From positions 1,952,001 to 2,016,000 of the forward strand of contig CBDFJR010000002.1 in the NCBI GenBank assembly GCA_965248535.1: a stretch of DNA of 64,000 nt, in the 5' to 3' direction. The notes under the pieces are model-generated. The model did no database searches. It had not been told where the DNA came from and worked only from the letters and a program-made list of their open reading frames with translations. Positions 37,031 through 45,600 of this stretch are shown piece by piece; position 1 is the stretch's first letter; each line of letters begins with the position of its first letter. The stretch comes from Phormidesmis sp. Lineage in GTDB: Bacteria; Cyanobacteriota; Cyanobacteriia; Leptolyngbyales; Leptolyngbyaceae. The position numbers were made by a program, and so were the translations under genes.

Positions 37031-37573
37031 GTGCAGACTTCTCCTTCTCAGTCACCCTTTCTCGAAGTGGGCAAAATTGTCTCGACTCAAGGCTTAAAGG
37101 GCGAGGTGCGGGTTTATCCCGATTCAGACTTTCCGCAGCGATTTATAGAGCCAGGCAAACGCTGGATTCTGCGATCGCACGCCGCCCAGCCCGAAGAAAT
37201 CCAACTCGTCAAAGGTCGCTATCTCGATGGCAAAGGCTTATATATCGTCCAGTTTGCCGGGGTCGAAACCTGCGAACAGGCAGAGGCTCTGCGAGGCAGC
37301 AAAATTTTGGTCTTGGCCAGCGATCGCCCAGAATTAGAATTCGGTGAGTTTCATGTGGCTGATTTGATCGGGCTGCAAGTGTTTGATCAAGCGACACAAA
37401 AACGAGTCGGAACGGTGGTCGATATCTTGTCAGCCGGAAATGATTTGCTAGAAGTGCAGCGAGAAGACTCAAAAAGCCGAGTTTTGATTCCGTTTGTGAT
37501 GGCCATTGTGCCGATCGTAGACCTCAAACAAAACCGGATAGAGATCACGCCTCCACCCGGCTTAATTGAGTAA
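37031..37573 (+). CDS. rimM: Ribosome maturation factor RimM
   Basis: VGKIVSTQGLKGEVRV, DLIGLQV, GNDLLEV, LIPFV, PPPGLI. Confidence 0.95.
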   Translation: MQTSPSQSPFLEVGKIVSTQGLKGEVRVYPDSDFPQRFIEPGKRWILRSHAAQPEEIQLVKGRYLDGKGLYIVQFAGVETCEQAEALRGSKILVLASDRPELEFGEFHVADLIGLQVFDQATQKRVGTVVDILSAGNDLLEVQREDSKSRVLIPFVMAIVPIVDLKQNRIEITPPPGLIE

Positions 37574-37590
37574 AACTTTTCGCAAAAAGA

Positions 37591-38931
37591 CTATTCGCCT
37601 GTAATCGATAATTCGTCTACCCAGACTCTAGGCGCAACCCCAGACCCCGTAAACTCTAGCTCCTTCTCGACATAGATAATCGACTTCAGCAGTTCACGAA
37701 TGTCGCCTGCCACCGTCGCCGACTCAACGCTAGTGCGCTTGCCGTCTTGCACTAGCCAACCATCAAACGGCAGCGAGAATGATCCCTGAGTCGCCTGCAC
37801 GCCAGCATGAAGAGCACTCAAATCATCAATCAAAATCACGTTATCCGCCGTGTCTAGACTATAGTCTTGCTGGGCTGCATCGCCCGCAAAAATGTGATAA
37901 AAGTGAGGACTCACCGTGATCTTAGACCCCATATTCGCGTGTCCCGTAGGTTGCGCGTCAAAGCGTTTAGCCGTGCCTGCACTGTGCAAAAAGCCCGACA
38001 ACACGCCGTTGGTGATCAACGGAACGCGACGAGTTGGGGTGCCTTCTCCGTCAAAGGTTTCTGCGCCCACGTTTTGAGGATGGAGCGCATCATCGCAGAG
38101 ACAGAGCAAGGGTGATGCAATCTGAGTTCCTAGGGATTCGGGAGTCGAAAGACTTTGGTTGTCGAGAATGCTCTGAGCGTTAAATAAGTTAGAAAACGCG
38201 CCAATCAAGCTGAGAATGGCTTCGGGCGAGAAGACGACCCGATATTTGCCCGTTTTCACCTTGTCGTAATTCAGATGACTGATGGTTTTCTCAGCCGCTT
38301 CTTTGAGACAGCCGTTGATATCTAACTCATTTAGCCCGTGACTGACCCGAAACGCCCCGGCGCTGCGCGGCTTTCTGCCCTCCTCCTCAGTTTTGGTATA
38401 AAGATAGAGAGAAGCGTAAGAGTGACCCTCTTGGCGCACGGCTCCGTCGCTGTTGAGATAGAAGCGATCGAGGTCTCGCTGCGCCAACCCATTATAGGGA
38501 ACGCCTTTAATCGCGGGGTGGGCTGCCAGCAGTTCTTTCTCTGCGCCGACGAGGGTTTCGAGCAGTTTAGCAACGGGCACTTGAAGATTTTTGACCTCAG
38601 CATGGGCTGCGGTGGGAGCCGTCGCTTCAGGACTGAATTCTGGCACGTTTTCTTTTACGCCAAAAAAGCTGGCTTCGTGAGCCGTTTTGAGGGCGAGTTC
38701 TAGCCCGATCGGGTCAACATCGGTCGTCGAAGTCACCCCAACTGAGTGCTCATCGTTCCAAACCCGAACGGTGACGCTCGATCGCTGCGAGGCTTTCATC
38801 TGCTGCGGTTCACCTTGATCGACCTGAACACTGGTCTCGTCGATCGCTGACCCATAAATATCGTATTTTTTGATGCCCAACTTGTGAGCCGAGTCTTTGG
38901 CGTAGGATGCAATGTCGTCAATTTTAGGCAT
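37591..38931 (-). CDS. TldE/PmbA family protein
   Basis: FDGEGTPT, GSFSLP, TVAGD; follows tldD. Confidence 0.88.
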   Translation of the reverse strand: MPKIDDIASYAKDSAHKLGIKKYDIYGSAIDETSVQVDQGEPQQMKASQRSSVTVRVWNDEHSVGVTSTTDVDPIGLELALKTAHEASFFGVKENVPEFSPEATAPTAAHAEVKNLQVPVAKLLETLVGAEKELLAAHPAIKGVPYNGLAQRDLDRFYLNSDGAVRQEGHSYASLYLYTKTEEEGRKPRSAGAFRVSHGLNELDINGCLKEAAEKTISHLNYDKVKTGKYRVVFSPEAILSLIGAFSNLFNAQSILDNQSLSTPESLGTQIASPLLCLCDDALHPQNVGAETFDGEGTPTRRVPLITNGVLSGFLHSAGTAKRFDAQPTGHANMGSKITVSPHFYHIFAGDAAQQDYSLDTADNVILIDDLSALHAGVQATQGSFSLPFDGWLVQDGKRTSVESATVAGDIRELLKSIIYVEKELEFTGSGVAPRVWVDELSITGE

Positions 38932-39005
38932 GGGAGTTCTTTACGTTAAAAAGAGTTGCGTAGAAACCTTCCACACAAAAGGTCTCTGTCGAAGAATGCA
39001 AGACG

Positions 39006-40478
39006 TTATCGACCGCCAACCGTGATCGAATCGACTTTAATATGAGGCTGTCCGACCGTGACGTAAATGCTGCCGCTCACAGAGCCACAGAACCCAGCCG
39101 CTAGCCCTAAATCGTTAGAACACATGGAAATCTTGTTCATGATTTCGGTGGCTTCACCAATCAGAGTTGCACCTTTAAGCGGCTTGGTGAGTTTGCCATT
39201 TTCGATTAAGTAAGCTTCGTCTACCGCAAAGTTGAACTGTCCCGTTGCGCCGACGCTGCCGCCGCCCATTTTTTTGCAATAGATGCCTTTGTCGATCGAG
39301 GCAAACAATTCGTCAACGGAGTAGTTGCCCGGCGCGATGTAGGTGTTCCGCATTCGGCTAGCCGCTGCGTGAGTATAGCTTTGACGACGACCGCTGCCCG
39401 TGCGGGGGTTTCCCGTGCGAACTGAACCCGCACGATCGGCGATGAAGTTCTTCAAAATCCCGTTTTCAATCAGCAGAGTGCGCTGGGCGGGCATTCCTTC
39501 GTCGTCCATGTCGATCGTGCCAAAGGCATCGCTGGTTAGTCCTTCATCCCAAGCGGTGAGATTTTCGTGGGCAATCTTTTCGCCTTTCTTCTCGGCAAAG
39601 GGCGTAGTTTTGCGCTCGATTTGCGTCGTTTCGAGCAAGTGACCGCAGGCTTCGTGGAAGATCACGCCGCCAAACTCATTAGCCATGACGATCGGGTAGT
39701 TGCCCGACTCTACATAGTCCGCATAGAGCATCTTTGAGGCAGAATCAGCTACTTCTTCGGCATCTTTGCCATAGTTCCAGGTTCTCAAGAAACCGGGTTC
39801 GCTGGTGCTGCCAACTCGCTTATTAATCGACGATCGTTGAGCGCCATCGGCACACAGCAGACTATAGCCTACCGACTGCGAGAGGCGAATATCTCGCGCA
39901 AAGGTGCCATCGCTAGAGGCGACTAAAACTTCTTGCCAATCGCGGAAGTAGACTGCCCGCCGAGACTGCACAAACTGGGCTTGGGTCGCTAACTGACCGT
40001 TTGCCGCTAGCAAGACATCGCCCATTTCCCGCATAGAGCTACAGTCAGCCAACCAGGAATCTTTGCCCTTTTTAACGGCATAGTCTCTGAGTAATTCTAG
40101 GTTGGTTTCTGGCACATAGGAATTGGGAGCCGGAAGCTGCAATCCCATGATGGACAGGCCTTTTTCAAGGGCAGTCTTTAGCCCATTGAACGAGAGATCG
40201 TTGGTGCTGACATAGCAATCGGCTTTGCCGCGAAACACCCGCACCCCGGCACCCGTCGAGAGACGGGGCGAAATGCTGGTGATCGTGTCGTCTTCGGCCA
40301 TGCAGCTAATATAGTTGACGCGCTCTAGAAAAAACTCAATAAAGTCGGCACCTGCGGCACGCCCCAACCCCAAAAGCGTCGATAGCGGAGCCTCCCACGT
40401 TTCATCGAAGCGATCGGGCGTAGACTGATAGGTCAAACTTGGCAGTTCTTTGGAGATTAACAAGGTGGGAGATTGCAT
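39006..40478 (-). CDS. tldD: TldD metalloprotease
   Basis: [31 protein letters not shown]. Confidence 0.92.
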   Translation of the reverse strand: MQSPTLLISKELPSLTYQSTPDRFDETWEAPLSTLLGLGRAAGADFIEFFLERVNYISCMAEDDTITSISPRLSTGAGVRVFRGKADCYVSTNDLSFNGLKTALEKGLSIMGLQLPAPNSYVPETNLELLRDYAVKKGKDSWLADCSSMREMGDVLLAANGQLATQAQFVQSRRAVYFRDWQEVLVASSDGTFARDIRLSQSVGYSLLCADGAQRSSINKRVGSTSEPGFLRTWNYGKDAEEVADSASKMLYADYVESGNYPIVMANEFGGVIFHEACGHLLETTQIERKTTPFAEKKGEKIAHENLTAWDEGLTSDAFGTIDMDDEGMPAQRTLLIENGILKNFIADRAGSVRTGNPRTGSGRRQSYTHAAASRMRNTYIAPGNYSVDELFASIDKGIYCKKMGGGSVGATGQFNFAVDEAYLIENGKLTKPLKGATLIGEATEIMNKISMCSNDLGLAAGFCGSVSGSIYVTVGQPHIKVDSITVGGR

Positions 40479-40594
40479 GAAAAGCCTCTCTGCTAGGACT
40501 GTTGAGACGGTAGTTCACCTATTGTAACTTGCAGGGCTGAGAGGGGTGAGGCGGAATGCCGTATCTGGAATCTCAAAAAATCTTTTGGGGAGGG

Positions 40595-40648
40595 TGCATA
40601 ACCCGATCGTGCCATCCCTATTCAGAGAGTGTAAGAGGTTCACACCTC
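40595..40648 (+). promoter_or_regulatory. Shared upstream motif, copy 1 (putative alternative-sigma promoter)
   Basis: TGCATAA-N13-TCCCTAT-N7-GTGTAAG plus hairpin GAGGT-TCAC-ACCTC; same spacing as copy 2. Confidence 0.65.
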
Positions 40649-40678
40649 ACAAACACACTCACCTAAAGGATCACTACA

Positions 40679-41365
40679 ATGAAACTCGTCAAACTCTCTA
40701 GCTCTTTGGTTCTCGCTTCGGCTTTGTTCACGTCTTTGTTGCCTGTTAGCGCCGTTCGTGCAGATGACAATTCGGCTCTATTTGGTCAACTGGCGGGCAA
40801 GATTCAGTGTAGCGATGTGGGGTTAGGCTCTAACACCCAAAACAACCACGGTAGCTCTAGCTCGGCTCGCAACAACTCTAGCGCTAACAGCAGTTCAGCG
40901 TCGGGCAAAAATGCCAGCAGCCAGTCGAGCAACAGCAGCAACAAAGATGGCGGTGGCGGTGGCTTCAACATTCTTGGCATCTTTGGTGCCAGTGGTGGGG
41001 GTCAAGCTCAGAGCAATGATTCTAGCAATTCTAGCAATTCTAGCTCTTACAATCGGGGGAACTCGTCTAAGCAAGCTAGCTCGTCGCGTCAATCCAGTTC
41101 TTACAATCGCGATTCTTCAACAGTCGTGGTTGGCAAGGATTGCGATTCCAACAACGCTGCGGCGGCGGTGGTGATTACAACACTGGACACCAACAAAACG
41201 GCAAAAGAGATGAACTCTGAGAACAACACCACCTCACGCTATGGAATTGATGCTCAAATCAAAATCAATGACAGCAACAACAAGACGGCGGTTGATTTGT
41301 TTAACGCTCAACGACGATCGGGGGCTGTTAACAACCTGACTCAGTGGTATACACCCCAGCACTAA
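40679..41365 (+). CDS. Secreted Ser/Asn-rich hypothetical protein
   Basis: AAGGA RBS, signal peptide ending VRA, two Cys bracketing a low-complexity region. Confidence 0.8.
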   Translation: MKLVKLSSSLVLASALFTSLLPVSAVRADDNSALFGQLAGKIQCSDVGLGSNTQNNHGSSSSARNNSSANSSSASGKNASSQSSNSSNKDGGGGGFNILGIFGASGGGQAQSNDSSNSSNSSSYNRGNSSKQASSSRQSSSYNRDSSTVVVGKDCDSNNAAAAVVITTLDTNKTAKEMNSENNTTSRYGIDAQIKINDSNNKTAVDLFNAQRRSGAVNNLTQWYTPQH

Positions 41366-41410
41366 CCTAAGTTTGAGAGTCTTGTCTCGATCGCTGTTCA
41401 CTGAGTTTGC

Positions 41411-41447
41411 AAGTAGGAGTCCTTAATTGGGTGCTCCTACTTTTTTT
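41411..41447 (+). terminator. Intrinsic terminator
   Basis: AAGTAGGAG...CTCCTACTTTTTTT. Confidence 0.75.
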
Positions 41448-41539
41448 GTGGATGGGGTACTGGGTTCGGTCTGGTTGGGCGATTGCGGGGGGCGGTGGTT
41501 GGGAGGGATTTGAGGGGACGGTGGTTGGGGCGACGCGAG

Positions 41540-41564
41540 GGGGCATGGCGTGCCATGCCCCTAC
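41540..41564 (-). repeat. GTAG-family REP-like palindrome
   Basis: Minus strand GTAG-GGGCATGGC-AC-GCCATGCCC. Confidence 0.6.
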
Positions 41565-41598
41565 GGGGATGCGCGATCGGGGGAGATTTTGCATCTCT

Positions 41599-41650
41599 TG
41601 CATAAATCTTGAATGTGCTCCCTATGGATGAGGTGTAAGGGTTACAACCC
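41599..41650 (+). promoter_or_regulatory. Shared upstream motif, copy 2
   Basis: TGCATAA-N13-TCCCTAT-N7-GTGTAAG plus hairpin GGGTT-AC-AACCC. Confidence 0.65.
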
Positions 41651-41674
41651 ATTTCAACCAAAGGAGACACTTCC

Positions 41675-42595
41675 ATGAACGTTCGCACTCTGTTAAATCT
41701 GGCTTTGTTGCTCTCGGTTTCTGCTCCGGTTGTTCTGCCTGCGGCGGCGGCTGAGGTCATGGTCACCACTTCCACAACGACGACGACAACCACTCGCCAA
41801 GGCGCGATGATTCCTCAGACGGCGGGCGTAGTGATCAAGCTTCCGGCGGCGATCGCGGTAGATGTAGGACAAAAGCAAGATTATCCGATGACGGTGCCTC
41901 TCGCGCAGCCGTTGATGGATTCACAGGGCAATGAAGTCGTGCCGATGAATACGCCTGTCACCATCAAGTTCAAGCCTGAAAACGGCGGCGCAAAAATTGT
42001 GGCAGAATCCATTGTGGTAAGAGGTCAAATTGTGGCAATTCAAGCCATGAGTGCAGTGATTCCAGGAAACACGATTACTCAGCAGAGCGGGGCCGATCGG
42101 GCCCGTGAAAATAGCGGCATGTTGGGAAATCTGTTTGGAGCGGTGATGGGAGCGACGGCGGGCGAATCACACAAAGCCTCGGCGTTTGATCAAGGTGGCA
42201 TGATTGGGGGCGCGATCGGCATTCTCAGCGGCATGACCTCGCCTAAAAATATTCGGATTGTGCAGCTTCCTGCCGATAGTGTGTATGTGTTGACGCTGCA
42301 AGCGCCGATCTCACTGCCGACGATCGCTGTTACTCCCCAAGCCGACTCTGTTCAAGCTAGCGCTAATCAGCCTCAATTCAATTTTCACAACATTACGGAC
42401 TATAGCAAAGGACTAGAGCAGGTGATCAGTGGGTTTAAACAAGGGCAACTTTCTCAAGTCGATGCTCGTCGAGTTGTCGTCAGCGCTGACCAATATGCGA
42501 CGACTCAGCTAACGTCAAAACTTTATCCTCCGGCGGGTCTGCGTCGTCAAGTTGCTCAATTGTTTGACTACACTTACGGCATCGATCGTAAATAA
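41675..42595 (+). CDS. Secreted hypothetical protein with glycine-zipper-like segment
   Basis: AAGGAG RBS, signal peptide, beta-rich core, GMLGNLFGAVMG...GGMIGGAIGILSG. Confidence 0.8.
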   Translation: MNVRTLLNLALLLSVSAPVVLPAAAAEVMVTTSTTTTTTTRQGAMIPQTAGVVIKLPAAIAVDVGQKQDYPMTVPLAQPLMDSQGNEVVPMNTPVTIKFKPENGGAKIVAESIVVRGQIVAIQAMSAVIPGNTITQQSGADRARENSGMLGNLFGAVMGATAGESHKASAFDQGGMIGGAIGILSGMTSPKNIRIVQLPADSVYVLTLQAPISLPTIAVTPQADSVQASANQPQFNFHNITDYSKGLEQVISGFKQGQLSQVDARRVVVSADQYATTQLTSKLYPPAGLRRQVAQLFDYTYGIDRK

Positions 42596-42624
42596 ATTCC
42601 ACCTTTATCCTCACCCCGCCGACT

Positions 42625-45600
42625 ATGCCCCGCGCTATTAGCCGACCCACTCTTCCCCTCGAAACTGGCAAAGCCAAACTGTGGATTTTGCTGGTCGGGG
42701 TCAATCACTACCAAGATACTCATCTGCCTTCGCTGCACTATCCTGCCCTCGACTGTCAGGGGTTAGCTGACGCGCTCACCGAGGCGACTCAAGAGTTTCC
42801 TCAGCGAGAAATTCGCACTCATCATGACTTTGGGGCAGCGGTGCCTGATTTAGCATCGGTGCGGCAAACGCTTCAGCAGATGGTCACAGACGCGCAGCCT
42901 CAAGACACGGTTCTGGTCTACTTTTCGGGGCATGGTGTGCTGGACGATCGCACTCAACAAGCGGTGTTGTGTTTAGCCGATACTCAAAAAGACAACTTGT
43001 TAGAAACCGGGTTAGGGGTTGCAGAATTGTTGGAGTTGTTGGGGCAGTGTGCAGCCCGTCAGCAGGTGATTTGGCTCGATGCTTGTCACAGTGGCAGCAT
43101 GACGCTGCGAAGCGCAAAAGGAGCCTCGATCGAGTTGCCCAATCCCACGGCCCAAATGATGAATGTGTTAGGACAACGCGCTGCCCAAAGTCAAGGATTT
43201 TATGCCCTGCTGTCGTGCGATCGTGCTCAACAATCCTGGGAGTTTCCTGAACTAGGGCATGGGGTGTTTACCTACTTTCTGATGCGGGGTTTGCGGGGTG
43301 AGGCCGCAGACGCTCAGGGCACGATCGAAGCAGACGGACTTTATAAATATGTCTATCACCAAACCCTGCAATACATCGACAAAACCAATCAGCAGTTGCG
43401 ATTAATCAATCAACAAAAGCGCAGTCGCGGCAACACTCAGCTTCAAACTGAGTATCCCATGCAAACGCCAAAACGCATTGTTGAGGGCATTGGTGAATTG
43501 ATTTTGGGCGTGCGATCGACGACAAATTCTCCTCAAAATCCCCGCCAGGCGCTGGTGATTGCCGGGCTTCCGAGCCAGCAAACGACGCTGAGTTTGAGCA
43601 AGGTGCTGCATCAGGCAGGCGGCTTTGATTTAGACTACTATCCGCAATCGGGCAAAGATTGGTCAGCCGTGCGCGAGGCTATTCAAACCTGTCTGCGATC
43701 GGCAGAGCCTCATCCCAGCCTCGCTCCTACGGCCCTCCTCTATCTGCGCGGACGGATTGAAGAAACAGCCGCAGGCGATTCCTGGCTGATCTTGGGAGAG
43801 ACTCGCATCGCCCGATCGTGGCTGCGCCAAGCCTTGCGTCACTCGCAAATGACCCAGCAAATTATCGTTTTAGACTGCCCCGGCGCGACCACTTTATCAG
43901 AGTGGATTGAAGAATTGCAGCTTGGCAACGATCAGGGACAATGCCTGATTGCGGCAGCATCTCCGACGACAGAATCTGAAAAATTTGCTCAAATCTTGCT
44001 AGAAACCTTAAAAGTGGGCGATCGTCCCGTCGGTCTGCCAGCCGCAGGCTGGATCGCACAACTGCAAATAGCATTAGCGGGAGAATTGCCGCTTCACGTT
44101 TGGCTATCAGGGGCCCAAGGCGTGATCGAAGTGTTGCCCGGACGAGTCGGATCGCGCCGCCCTGACACCGCAGGCTTTGACCTAGGATTCTGCCCCTATA
44201 TGGGGCTGAGAGCCTTTTCAGAAGAGGATTCTAGCTATTTTTATGGGCGAGAAGGGCTGACTCGCCAATTGATTCAGGCAGTCAGTCATCAAGCCTGTTT
44301 AGCGGTGGTGGGCGCATCAGGAAGCGGCAAATCTTCGATCGTGCAAGCCGGATTGATCGCGCAACTGCGACAAGGACAGCAAGTGCCGGGCAGTCAACAG
44401 TGGTGGATTGGGCACATGCGTCCGGGCGATCGCCCCTTAGAAGCCCTGGCTCGCCGACTAGTAGACCCTGGCAGCGACTCAGAGCAGTCCAGACAACAGC
44501 AGCAAATTGAAGGCATTTTGCACCAGGGCGCAGAAGGCTTTGTCTATTGGCTGCGATCGCGCCCCGAACCTGTTGTTATGCTCGTGATCGATCAATTTGA
44601 GGAATTATTTACCCTAGCAGCCACCGACGATCGCCAACAATTCCTAGCGCTGATTTTGGGGGCAGTGAACTATGCCAGCGATCGCTTTAAGTTAATCCTT
44701 ACGCTTCGCGCCGACTTCATTTCGCCCTGTTTAGAAGTTCCCGAACTGGCGACGATTTTGCAGCGATCGAGCGTTTTGGTGCCGCCTTATTTGACCGAAA
44801 ATGACTATCGCGACGTGATTCTTCGCCCAGCCGAACAAGTCGGATTGCAGGTCGAATCGGGGTTAGTCGAAGTGCTTTTGCAAGAACTCGACCACAGCGC
44901 CGGAGACTTGCCTTTATTAGAATTTGTCTTAGAACAACTGTGGCAACAGCGGCGATCGGGAGTGCTGACCCTGCACGCCTATCAACAACAAATTGGCGGA
45001 TTGCGGGGTGCCTTAGAGCGCAAAGCTGAGGCCGTTTATGACAGTTTAGACCCTGACGCTCAAGCCTGTGCTCGTTGGATCTTCTTATCGCTCACTCAGC
45101 TAGGAGAAGGCACCGAAGATACGCGCCGTCGAGTCTCTAAATCCGATTTGGTGGTGAAAAAATATCCGGCAGCGTTGGTCGATCGCACCCTTCAAGCCCT
45201 CGCGATCGCCAAACTGATTGTGATCGGAGTAGATGAACCAAACGCACACAGCAAGGGAGCACCACAGACTTCTGATTTTAGGCTCGATGCTTCCGCCACC
45301 GACGTTTCGATCGAGGTGGCCCACGAAATTTTGATTCGCTATTGGTCTACGCTGCGCTGGTGGTTAGAAGAAAATCGCAATCGCCTACGATCGCAGCGGC
45401 AGATCGAGCAAGCCGCCCTGCACTGGAAGCAGAGCGATCGTCAGTCCGATTTTTTATTGCGCGGCATTCGACTAGCCCAAGCTGAGGAACTCTATGTTAA
45501 CTACACCGACGAGTTGCCAACAGACACCCAGCGATTTATTGAAGCCTGCTTTAAAGAACGCCAGCGCGAACAAACAGAAGTCAAACGCAGACTCCGCAGA

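Noticed and set aside
37591..41365. TldD/E plus a Ser/Gly-rich protein as a microcin-B17-like RiPP cluster
   Set aside because: No YcaO or dehydrogenase genes; the protein has a Sec-type signal; tldDE are widespread housekeeping genes
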